Of a stretch of 64,000 nucleotides of DNA, positions 19,845 to 28,828 are shown in pieces. The notes under the pieces are model-generated. The model was not told the DNA's origin and did no database searches. It was given only the letters and a program-made list of their open reading frames with translations. Each line of letters opens with the position of its first letter. The stretch's first letter is position 1. This DNA comes from an uncultured Chloroflexia bacterium (GTDB lineage: Bacteria; Chloroflexota; Anaerolineae; CG2-30-64-16): assembly GCA_963774265.1 (NCBI GenBank), contig CAVZDU010000002.1:352001-416000 (forward strand), given 5' to 3'. The position numbers and the translations under genes were made by a program.

Positions 19845-20858
19845 ATGCACATGAAAAACAACCGGTTCTCCTGGCTGTTCCTCGTGCTGGTTACCATCAT
19901 CATGCTTAGCCTGGCCCCAGCCGCACAAGCGGCAGGTCGTGGCGCGCCGCTTCCGCCCTCCGGCGGAAAATACACCGTGCGCGTCAACGACACCCTATGG
20001 GACATCGCCGCCAGGTACGGCATGACCGTAGCACAGTTAACAGCCGCGAACCCAGGCGTCAACCCGGCGGCCCTCCGCCCCGGCCAGATCCTGACAATCT
20101 CCTCTGCAAGATCGCAAGTTTCCGATACCGTTCCCGAAGCTCCCTGCGCCGTCTATGCCGTAATGCCCAATGACACCTTGTGGGACATTGCCGCCAATTA
20201 CGGCCTGACGCTCGACGATCTGCTCGCCGCAAATCCCGGGGTCGATCCCAAGCGCCTCATGGTGGGGCAGGAACTGACGATTCCAGGCATCAGTCAAGAC
20301 ATGCTCTCGGCCCAGACGACCGCGGCGCCAGCACCCGGAGGGGAGGTAGCCCCTGCAGCCGAAGCCGCACCTGCTGCCGAGGCAGCGCTTCCGGTCGCGG
20401 CAGCACCTGCAGCCGAGGCGGCAGCGGCGCCCGGCGTGGGGGCTGCTCCTGCGGCCGCGCCGGAAGTCAGCCCAATGGCCCAGGAGATGCTGAACCGCAT
20501 CAACGAGAAACGCAGCGCGGGTGGACTTGCCGCGCTGACATGGAATGGCCAATTGGCCGCCGCGGCGCAAGCACACGCAGAGGATTGCGCCACAAGAAAC
20601 CGCGGCAGCCACGTAGGTTCGGACGACGCGCGGCTTGCCGCACGGCTCCAGCGCGCGGGCTATGCCCCGAGCTGGTCCGGCGAGAACTGGGCCAATGCCC
20701 GCAGCGTCGAGCGAGCCATGCAGATGTGGTGGAACGAGCCACGCGGCGCAGATCCGCACGTGCAGAACATCATGGCCCGCCGCGCAACGGAAATCGGCAT
20801 CGGAGTCGCCCGGGGCGCCTGGGGCATTTACTTCATCGCCGATTTTGGGAGCCAATGA
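19845..20858 (+). CDS. Secreted 2xLysM + CAP(SCP) domain protein
   Basis: Signal peptide, two Y.V..NDTLWDIA..YG.T...L.AANP repeats, Ala/Pro linker, CAP motifs (IN..R, AAQAH, H.GSD, GEN, H..NI, EIGIG). Confidence 0.88.
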   Translation: MHMKNNRFSWLFLVLVTIIMLSLAPAAQAAGRGAPLPPSGGKYTVRVNDTLWDIAARYGMTVAQLTAANPGVNPAALRPGQILTISSARSQVSDTVPEAPCAVYAVMPNDTLWDIAANYGLTLDDLLAANPGVDPKRLMVGQELTIPGISQDMLSAQTTAAPAPGGEVAPAAEAAPAAEAALPVAAAPAAEAAAAPGVGAAPAAAPEVSPMAQEMLNRINEKRSAGGLAALTWNGQLAAAAQAHAEDCATRNRGSHVGSDDARLAARLQRAGYAPSWSGENWANARSVERAMQMWWNEPRGADPHVQNIMARRATEIGIGVARGAWGIYFIADFGSQ

Positions 20859-20875
20859 TAAGGAGGCATACAGTA

Positions 20876-21749
20876 ATGAAGCTCATCGATCTCACCATCC
20901 CTCTGGGCATCGGCACGCCGGCCTGGCCCACCTATGAGCCGCTGCAGGTCAAGTACTTCAAGCGGCTGGCGCCCAACGGCGCGAACGGCCAGCTGCTCAC
21001 CCACTCGAACCACCTCGGCACCCACCTGGACGGCGAAATCCACTTCTACACGCCCGGCAAGGACATTGCCAGCCTGGATATGGACTTCCTGGTCGGCCCG
21101 ACGGCCATCGTGGATCTCTCGGACGTCTGCGGCAACTACGATATCTACACGTCGCAGATGATCGAGGAGCGGGTCGAGGTGCGCGAGGGCGACATCCTGA
21201 TCATCCACACCGGCTACCATCACTTCGGCTGGGACATGCCCACGGCCGACGAAATCCGCTACATGGTGCAGCATCCGGGCCCGGACCGGGAGTTCTCGGT
21301 CTGGGCGAAGCAGAAGGGCATCAAGTGGATCGGCGTGGACTGCGGCAGCGCGGATCATCCGATGAACACGATCATCCGCCAGTGGATGCCGCGCCAGGCC
21401 AAGGAGGCCGACGCTCACTTCCAGAAGAAATACGGCGTCGAGCCTGGCCGAACGCTTCGACGATTCCAAGTACCAGCTCATGCACATCGAGATGTTCCCC
21501 GATCACATCATCCACGCGGAGTGCATCGGCGGCGAGATCGACCTGCTGCTGAACCGCCGGGTGACCGTCGGCTTCTTCCCCTGGCGCTTCGTGGACGGCG
21601 AGAGCAGCATCGGACGCTGCGTGGCCTTCGTCGAGGATGACGAGTACGAAGAGCTGATGGCGAAGAAGGCGGCGCTCAAGACCACGAAGTTCGGCGACGC
21701 ATTCAATCCGGCGCACGTGGAGCGGATCAATGCGTTGACGCGGACGTAG
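20876..21749 (+). CDS. Cyclase-family (kynurenine formamidase/isatin hydrolase-like) metal amidohydrolase (frameshift near 21440)
   Basis: DLTIPL, HLGTHLDG metal motif, GDILIIHTG, GVDCGSADHP, HAE; SD aaggagg. Confidence 0.88.
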
Positions 21750-21796
21750 GCAGCGAGCGAAGAGGAAGAAGGAAAAAGGAAGAAGGAAGAGGGAAG

Positions 21797-22702
21797 ATGC
21801 AACGCTTCACCGCAGCCTGCGCACAGTTCGCCATTGCGCCGATGGACATCACGGCCAATGTCGCGAAATCGGTCGCGTGGACGCGCCGGGCGGTTGAGGA
21901 ATCCGGCGCGCAGCTCGTCGTACTCCCTGAGACCATCACCACCGGCTTCGTCCCCCGTGTGGGCCCGGGCGATCTTTGGGATCTGGTTGACACGTTGCCC
22001 GGACGCCTGTTCGAGCCACTGCAGTCCGCGGCGCAGGAGTTGGGGATCTATCTGGCGTTCGGAACCTACGAACGCGGGCTGACACGCGGCGTCGTGTACA
22101 ACTCGGCCGCGCTGCTCGGGCCGGGCGGCGACATCCTGGGGGTCTACCGCAAGACCCATCTCTTCCCTACCGAACGGATCGGTCCCCGCCGCGATCCAGC
22201 CGACCCCAACAGTGCCAATGGCTGGTCGACGCCGGCCGATGACCCGGTGGTGGTCGAAACCCCGCTGGCCAACATCGGCCTCACCATTTGCTTCGACGGC
22301 GACTTCCCGGAGCTGTATCGCGCGGAAGCGCTCATGGGCGCCGAGGTGATCATCCGCACCAGCGCGTTGCTCCGTTCTTTCGAGATCTGGGAGTTGACCA
22401 ATCGAGCCCGCGCTTATGACAACCACGTCTACCTGATTGGCTGCAACTACGTTGGACCCGATGCTGGCGGTAACTACTACTTCGGTCACAGCATGATCGT
22501 CAATCCCATTGCTCAAAAACTGGCCCAGGCGCGCGGCACCGAAGAGGTTTGCTTTGCCGAGCTCGACCCGGACCCGCTCAAGCACATCACCTACGGCACG
22601 GTCAGCCCAATGATCTTCGAACACCTGCGGGAGCGCAACCTGGCTGCCTATCGGAACATCCTGACACCGGGTGAAGGCGCGTTTCAGCCAGCAAAGAGAT
22701 AG
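21797..22702 (+). CDS. Carbon-nitrogen hydrolase (nitrilase superfamily amidase/carbamoylase)
   Basis: Glu-Lys-Cys triad: VLPE, YRKTHL, ICFDGDFPE; ARAYDN; GHSMIV. Confidence 0.92.
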   Translation: MQRFTAACAQFAIAPMDITANVAKSVAWTRRAVEESGAQLVVLPETITTGFVPRVGPGDLWDLVDTLPGRLFEPLQSAAQELGIYLAFGTYERGLTRGVVYNSAALLGPGGDILGVYRKTHLFPTERIGPRRDPADPNSANGWSTPADDPVVVETPLANIGLTICFDGDFPELYRAEALMGAEVIIRTSALLRSFEIWELTNRARAYDNHVYLIGCNYVGPDAGGNYYFGHSMIVNPIAQKLAQARGTEEVCFAELDPDPLKHITYGTVSPMIFEHLRERNLAAYRNILTPGEGAFQPAKR

Positions 22703-22705
22703 TCC

Positions 22706-23896
22706 ATGCAGCCACTGGATGGTATCCGCGTCATTGACCTGACCGAGGCTTTGGCCGGGCCGATCTGCACGATGATGCTCGGTGACCTGGGTGCGGACGT
22801 GGTCAAGATCGAACGGCCCGGCACGGGCGACATGTCGCGCGGCTGGGCGCCACCCTTCGTCGGCCCGGAGAGCGCCTACTTTCTCAGCGTCAACCGCAAC
22901 AAACGTAGCTTGACCCTCAATCTGCGCGAGCCAGAGGCGCGCACCGTCCTCCAGAGGCTGGTCGGTCAGGCGGACGTGTTCGTCGTCAACCAGCCGCGAC
23001 TCGACTCGCTGCAGCGGCTGGGCGCGGACCCGGACACGCTGTGCACGATCAACCCGCGGCTGGTGTATTGCGCGGTCAGCGGCTACGGAATGACCGGCCC
23101 TTACGCCGGGCAGGCCGGCTACGACATCCTGGCCCAGGCCGCCTCAGGTCTGATGGCGCTCACCGGCGAGCCGGGTCAGGGGCCCATCCGTTACCCTGTC
23201 CCGCTGAGCGACGCGTCCGCGGGACTGAACAGCGTCATCGGGATCCTGTCAGCGTTGCTCGCCCGCACGGTTTCGGGCCGGGGCCAGTTCGTGGATGTTG
23301 CGCTGCTCGACAGCCAGGTCGCCTGGCTCACCAATATCGCTGGCGCTTTCTTTGCCACCGGGGTCCGGCCTCCCAAGCTGGGCAACGCGCATCCCAATAT
23401 CGTGCCCTACCAGCCGTTCCAGGCGCGGGACAAGCACTTTATCGTCGCGGTGGGCAGCGAGCGGCTTTGGGAGCGCTTCTGTCAGGTCCTGGGCATCACC
23501 GAAACCATCGGCCGTGACCCGCGCTTCGCGACCAACGCCGACCGGTTGCGCCATCGCGACGAGTTGGTATCCGAGCTGGCGCGCATCTTTGAAACGCAGG
23601 ATGCTGAGCATTGGCTCGTACGGCTCAAGGCAGCTGATATTCCGGCCGGGCCCATCAATGAAGTGGACGAGGCGCTCACCGATCCGCACGTGCTGGCGCG
23701 CGGGATGGTCGTCGAGATGGAGCATCCGGCGGCTGGACCAGTGCGTTCGCTCGGCACTCCGGCCCATCTCCGAGATACGCCGGCTACCTATCGACTGCCC
23801 CCGCCCACGCTGGGGCAGCATACGATCGAGATTCTGGCACACCTGGGGTACTCGCAGGCGCAGATCGAGCAGCTTGAGAAGCAAGGGGTGGTCTGA
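22706..23896 (+). CDS. Class III CoA-transferase (CaiB/BaiF/Frc family)
   Basis: PLDGIRVIDL, LAGP, LGADVVKIE, NRNKRS, GYD..AQA.SG, catalytic Asp in PLSD. Confidence 0.93.
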   Translation: MQPLDGIRVIDLTEALAGPICTMMLGDLGADVVKIERPGTGDMSRGWAPPFVGPESAYFLSVNRNKRSLTLNLREPEARTVLQRLVGQADVFVVNQPRLDSLQRLGADPDTLCTINPRLVYCAVSGYGMTGPYAGQAGYDILAQAASGLMALTGEPGQGPIRYPVPLSDASAGLNSVIGILSALLARTVSGRGQFVDVALLDSQVAWLTNIAGAFFATGVRPPKLGNAHPNIVPYQPFQARDKHFIVAVGSERLWERFCQVLGITETIGRDPRFATNADRLRHRDELVSELARIFETQDAEHWLVRLKAADIPAGPINEVDEALTDPHVLARGMVVEMEHPAAGPVRSLGTPAHLRDTPATYRLPPPTLGQHTIEILAHLGYSQAQIEQLEKQGVV

Positions 23897-23916
23897 TCGC
23901 CCCGGAAAATCGCCAG

Positions 23917-23945
23917 TTGACACTGCCCCGCGGCGATGCTATACT
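23917..23945 (+). promoter_or_regulatory. Near-consensus sigma70 promoter of the fdrA-ylbE-cyclase-Mo-hydroxylase II operon
   Basis: TTGACA-N17-TATACT with extended TGc. Confidence 0.8.
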
Positions 23946-24043
23946 GGCCCTCGCCGGTAATCTTGAGGCTGCTCCGAGTTTGTTCCACACCTGTCCGAAA
24001 TCAGTTCGAGCGGACTGAGCCACAACCTGACATCGGAGTCATC

Positions 24044-25789
24044 ATGACGGTCGTCCAAGCTGAGGTACGGCGCAGTGCCTATTACGACTCCATTGTCCTC
24101 ATGCAGTTGCGTGCCGCGCTTTCCGAGCTGCCCGGCGTCATCGACGCCGGCGTGGTAATGGGCACGCCAGCCAACCTCGAATTACTGACTCAAAGCAATC
24201 TCCTCCCTCCGGAGGCGCAGGGCGCCAGACCCGACGATCTGATCATCACCATCGAAGCGCACGATGAGGCCGCGGCCCGCGCGGCATTGGCGCAAGTCGA
24301 CGCGCTGCTCACCCGGCGGAGATCAACCTTGCAGCAAGAGCACCGTCCGCAGAGCCTGGAAACGGCCGCGGACCTGGCGCCAGAGGCCGCCTGGGTGCTG
24401 ATTTCCGTGGCCGGCCGGTACGCAGCCGGGATCGCGCGCGCCGCGCTCAACCTTGGCAAGCACGTTTTCCTGTTCAGTGACAACGTCCCGGTCGAGGACG
24501 AGATCGCACTCAAAGCGAGAGCGGCGGCTCGGGGCCTACTGGTGATGGGGCCTGACTGCGGCACCGCAATCATCAACGGGATCGGACTGGGTTTCGCCAA
24601 TAAGGTGCGTCGAGGCTCAATCGGCGTTGTGGCCGCGGCGGGCACGGGTCTGCAACAGGTCACGGCGCGCATCCATCAGTTGGGCGGCGGCGTCACCCAC
24701 GGCATCGGCACGGGGGGCCGTGACCTGACAGAAAAAGTCGGAGCGGTCACGTTCCGTCAGGCGCTCGACGTGCTCGCCCGCGACTCCGAAACGCGCGTCA
24801 TTACCCTGGTGTCCAAGCCGCCTGCGCCAAAGGTTGCGGAAGAGATGCTGTCGCTGGCCCGACTGGCGCCGAAACCAGTCGTGGTGAACTTCATCGGGCG
24901 TGCCGCGTCGACTTGGCAGATAGACAATCTTCACTTCGCAACAGGGCTCGACGATGCAGCGCGGTTGGCGGTGGAGTTGACGACCAGGGACTGGCCGGCA
25001 GCCCTTCCGGGAGACAAAGCCGGGAGATCAGGTTCGGGACAGGGGGGAGATTTCGCACCTGGCCAGCGCTACCTGCGCGGGCTTTACTCCGGAGGCACCC
25101 TGGCCTACGAGGCGCAATATCTCCTCCAGGACTACCTGCCGCAGGTCTGGGCCAACGCACCGCTCGACAAAGCCAACCGGATACCCAACTCCCTGGTGAG
25201 CCAGCAACACACGATCATTGACCTGGGCGAGGACGAATTCACCGTGGGCCGGCTGCACCCCATGATGGATAACGAGCTGCGTATCCTCCGGCTGAGCCAG
25301 GAGGCCGCCGATCCGGAGACAGCCGTGATCTTGCTGGATGTGGTGCTCGGCTATGGCTCGCACCCCGACCCCGCAGGCGAGCTGGCCCCCGTGATCGCCG
25401 GCGCGAAGGCAGCAGCCCAGGCTGCTGGCCGTCACCTCGAGATCGCCGCGGTCGTCACCGGCACGGACGAAGACCCGCAGAACTTCAGCAGTCAGATCGA
25501 GCAGTTGCGCGCCGCCGGCGCCTGGGTAGATGCCAGCAACGAGGCGGTCGTGCGCTATGCAGGCCGGATCTTGCGGACACTAAATCCCCAGTCCCGCGTA
25601 CCGGATCGCCAACAACCCGTAGACCTGGCCACCCTGCAAAGAAACCTCTCCGCCATCAACGTCGGCCTGGAGTCTTTCGCCGAGAATCTGATCGCCCAGG
25701 GCGCGCAGGCCATCCAGGTGGACTGGAGGCCGCCCGCCGGGGGGAACCAGAAGCTGATGGGGATTCTGGAGCGAATGAAGAGGAGCTAG
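24044..25789 (+). CDS. fdrA: FdrA/AllF-type protein carrying the C-terminal INVGLESF module
   Basis: YYDSIVLM, LFSDNV, MGPDCGT, GTGGRDL, GRLHPMMD, C-terminal INVGLESF...DWRPPAGGN. Confidence 0.88.
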   Translation: MTVVQAEVRRSAYYDSIVLMQLRAALSELPGVIDAGVVMGTPANLELLTQSNLLPPEAQGARPDDLIITIEAHDEAAARAALAQVDALLTRRRSTLQQEHRPQSLETAADLAPEAAWVLISVAGRYAAGIARAALNLGKHVFLFSDNVPVEDEIALKARAAARGLLVMGPDCGTAIINGIGLGFANKVRRGSIGVVAAAGTGLQQVTARIHQLGGGVTHGIGTGGRDLTEKVGAVTFRQALDVLARDSETRVITLVSKPPAPKVAEEMLSLARLAPKPVVVNFIGRAASTWQIDNLHFATGLDDAARLAVELTTRDWPAALPGDKAGRSGSGQGGDFAPGQRYLRGLYSGGTLAYEAQYLLQDYLPQVWANAPLDKANRIPNSLVSQQHTIIDLGEDEFTVGRLHPMMDNELRILRLSQEAADPETAVILLDVVLGYGSHPDPAGELAPVIAGAKAAAQAAGRHLEIAAVVTGTDEDPQNFSSQIEQLRAAGAWVDASNEAVVRYAGRILRTLNPQSRVPDRQQPVDLATLQRNLSAINVGLESFAENLIAQGAQAIQVDWRPPAGGNQKLMGILERMKRS

Positions 25790-25798
25790 CACAGAACT

Positions 25799-27067
25799 AT
25801 GATAGACATCGAGCTGGCCAATCGCACAACCGTCGAACGCATGATGGAGGCCCGGCCGGTACTGATCGGAGTGGGCCTTGCGCGGGACGTGATCCCCGGG
25901 ATGCGGGACAACCTGCTGCTGCACGCGGGACCGCCGGTCACCTGGCAGCGCATGGCCGGCCCGATGAAGGGCGCGGCCGTGGGCGCACTGATCCTCGAGG
26001 GCAAGGCAAACGGTTGGGACGACGCGGAGGCGCTGATCGCATCAGGCGCGATCGAGTTCGAGCCGTGCCACCATCACTCAGCCGTGGGCCCAATGGCGGG
26101 CCTCATCTCGCCTTCGATGATGGTCTATATCGTGGAGGATCAAGCCTCGGGTCCGGGCGGCGCACGCGCCTTCTCAGGCATCAACGAAGGCCGCGGGAAG
26201 GTGCTGCGCATGGGCGCGTACAGCGAGGACGTGCTGGCCCGTCTGCGCTGGCTAAACGAGGTGATGGCGCCCGTGTTGGATGCAGCAATCCGGCGATCTG
26301 GCGATCGCGGGAGCGGGGGCATCGATATGCGCGCCCTGCTGGCGCAATCGCTCCACATGGGGGATGACGGCCACAACCGGATGCAGGCCGGCTCGCTGCT
26401 CTTTCTCAAAAGCCTGGACCCCTTCATAACCAGGGTCGCGCCCTCCCCAGAGATCGCCTCCGACATCCTGCGGGAAATCGGCGACAACCCTTTGGCGGTT
26501 CTGAACGCGGGCATGGCGGCGTGCAAGCTCATGACCCTGGCCGGGCATGGGATTGCCGGCAGCACCATCGTCACCACGATGAGCCGCAACGGCACCGACT
26601 TTGGCATCCGTGTCAGCGGTCTGGGTGACCGCTGGTTCACTGCCCCGGCCGGCAAGGTGAAGGCGCTATATTTCTCCGAGTTCACCGAGGCCGACGCCAA
26701 CCCTGACATCGGCGACAGCACCATCACCGAGACGTCCGGCATCGGCGGGTTCGCCATGGCCTCGGCGCCGGCTATCGTCCAGTTCATCGGCGGCTCGGCC
26801 CACGACGCGGTGAACACCACACTCGAAATGTACGAGATCACCTACGCCGAGCACAAATACTTCACGATGCCGCCCCTGGATTTTCGCGGCACCCCGACCG
26901 GCATCGATATCCGCAAGGTGGTGGAAAAAGGGATTCTGCCCCGCGTCAACACCGGCGTCGCGCATCGGGAGCCGGGCATCGGCCAGGTGGGCGCGGGCAT
27001 CGTAACCGCGCCGATGAGTGTATTCGAGGATGCGTTGGTGGCGTACGCGGAGGAGTACGGGTATTAG
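25799..27067 (+). CDS. ylbE: DUF1116 protein, YlbE/AllG-type architecture
   Basis: LLHAGPP, PCHHH.AVGPMAG, NEGRGKVLRMGA, MGDDGHNR, DIGDSTITET, NTGVAH...QVGAG. Confidence 0.88.
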   Translation: MIDIELANRTTVERMMEARPVLIGVGLARDVIPGMRDNLLLHAGPPVTWQRMAGPMKGAAVGALILEGKANGWDDAEALIASGAIEFEPCHHHSAVGPMAGLISPSMMVYIVEDQASGPGGARAFSGINEGRGKVLRMGAYSEDVLARLRWLNEVMAPVLDAAIRRSGDRGSGGIDMRALLAQSLHMGDDGHNRMQAGSLLFLKSLDPFITRVAPSPEIASDILREIGDNPLAVLNAGMAACKLMTLAGHGIAGSTIVTTMSRNGTDFGIRVSGLGDRWFTAPAGKVKALYFSEFTEADANPDIGDSTITETSGIGGFAMASAPAIVQFIGGSAHDAVNTTLEMYEITYAEHKYFTMPPLDFRGTPTGIDIRKVVEKGILPRVNTGVAHREPGIGQVGAGIVTAPMSVFEDALVAYAEEYGY

Positions 27068-27148
27068 GAAGGAGCGCCCCGTGGGTTTCACCACCTTTCG
27101 TAGATCGACCGCAATCGGAAACCATCGACGCTGAAAGGATCGACGTAC

Positions 27149-28828
27149 ATGAACCGGGATCAATTCATCACCATGATGGCAAACGCCAAACTCTACGATC
27201 TCACCCAGGATTGCGGCATCTTCACGCCTCCGTGGCCCGGAGAGAAGTCGCTTGAAGTGCACTTTTTCAAGCGGGTCACTGGCGCCTATGGGGGCGGTCA
27301 GGGCGCGAACGGGCAGATCCTTAACTGGAGCAACACCGTCGGCACACACCTTGTGGGCGAGCGGGCGTTCCACTCCGGCGCGCGCGCGCTCTCCGATGTC
27401 CCGTTGACTGATGTGTGTGGGCCGGGTGTCGTCGTGGACATCTCGGACCTCGTGTCAGACTACAGCCTCTACACTCCGGAGATGATCACGAGCCGGGCAG
27501 CTGTCAGGCCTGGCGACATCCTGATCATCAACACCGGGTATCATCGCTACTCGTGGGATCAACCGGATGTCCTCAACCCGGATGCGCAGGGCGGCGTCGA
27601 GTCCAAGGAGTTCGGCTTCCTGGTGCGCCATCCCGGTCCATCGCCCGACTTCTTCAGGTGGGCCCTGGAAATGAAGCTGAAGGTAGTAGGCGTCGACTGC
27701 GGGTGCGCCGAGCATCCCATGAACACACCCATCCGCCGGATGCACGACAACCATTTCCGGCTGGCCGAGGCCAAGCTGCAGCAGGAGTACGGCACGACCT
27801 GGGATGAGATGTTCCCCCAGGACGAGTACTACGAGCTCACTCATGTCACCATGCCCAAGGCCCATTTGCTCCTGGCCGAATGCATCGTGGGCGAAATCGA
27901 CAAGATCAAGAACCAGCGGGCCTGGATTGCCATTATGCCGATCCCCTTTATGGAGGTTGAGACGGCATGGGCACGCGTGGCCGCCTATCAGGCGCCTGAT
28001 GGCGTCAGCGAGGACGAGTTCTTCTCGGCCATGGCATCCGCCGAGATGCTGGACATGACGATCCCATTCAGCGTTCAGACGCCGCAGTGGGCCAACTACG
28101 TACCCCTCACCGTTAACTACACCAAGCGGGTTGGCGGGCAACACTTCGGCATGGGCCGCAATGGCTCCATCTGCAATGCCAGCATCCACCTCGCCACGCA
28201 CATGGACGGCGAGAAGCACTTCTGGCCCGCGGGCCGCAGCATCGGCCAGGTCCCGTTGAGCGAGTGGGTGGGCCCCGGCGTCATTGCCGATATTTCGCAT
28301 CTTGTGAGCGATTCCAGTGTTTATACGCCGCAGATGATCGAGTCGGTCGTGGACGTGCGGCCGGGCGATATCCTGATCACCAAGACCGGCTGGCACCGAT
28401 ACGGCTGGATCAGCCCGGATTCGGACGAATTTCGATACATGATCCGGCACCCGGGCCCGTCCCCCGACTTCGCCCACTGGTGTGTCGAAAAGCAAATCAA
28501 GTGGCTTGGCGTAGATGCGGTGAGCCAGGATCATCCAATGAACACGATACAGCGGCTCTGGCACCCAAAGACCTTCGCCGAGGCAAACGCCAAGCTGATA
28601 CGCGACTTTGGCAAGGACTGGGACGAGATGTTCCCGCTGGATAAGTTCTACCAGGATACACACCTTAACTTGTTTCCCAAGAAGATCGTCCACGCCGAGA
28701 ATCTGGGCGGCGATATCGCCAAGGCGACGAGCGGCCGCTACTACATCGGCTGTTACCCGCAGAAGGTCATGGAGGCGGAGTCGATGTGGGGACGGTTCGT
28801 GGCGTGGCGTGAAGGAGAAGCTGCCTAG
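27149..28828 (+). CDS. Tandem two-domain cyclase-family amidohydrolase
   Basis: Two homologous halves, each with GPGV..DIS.LVSD.S.YTP.MI, RPGDILI..TG.HRY.W, RHPGPSPDF, HPMNT. Confidence 0.88.
   Translation: MNRDQFITMMANAKLYDLTQDCGIFTPPWPGEKSLEVHFFKRVTGAYGGGQGANGQILNWSNTVGTHLVGERAFHSGARALSDVPLTDVCGPGVVVDISDLVSDYSLYTPEMITSRAAVRPGDILIINTGYHRYSWDQPDVLNPDAQGGVESKEFGFLVRHPGPSPDFFRWALEMKLKVVGVDCGCAEHPMNTPIRRMHDNHFRLAEAKLQQEYGTTWDEMFPQDEYYELTHVTMPKAHLLLAECIVGEIDKIKNQRAWIAIMPIPFMEVETAWARVAAYQAPDGVSEDEFFSAMASAEMLDMTIPFSVQTPQWANYVPLTVNYTKRVGGQHFGMGRNGSICNASIHLATHMDGEKHFWPAGRSIGQVPLSEWVGPGVIADISHLVSDSSVYTPQMIESVVDVRPGDILITKTGWHRYGWISPDSDEFRYMIRHPGPSPDFAHWCVEKQIKWLGVDAVSQDHPMNTIQRLWHPKTFAEANAKLIRDFGKDWDEMFPLDKFYQDTHLNLFPKKIVHAENLGGDIAKATSGRYYIGCYPQKVMEAESMWGRFVAWREGEAA

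Noticed and set aside
20180-20875. N-terminal extension of the cyclase ORF (also extensions at 36695 and 59372)
   Set aside because: They overlap the upstream genes in another frame; true starts lie at 20876, 36890 and 59762.
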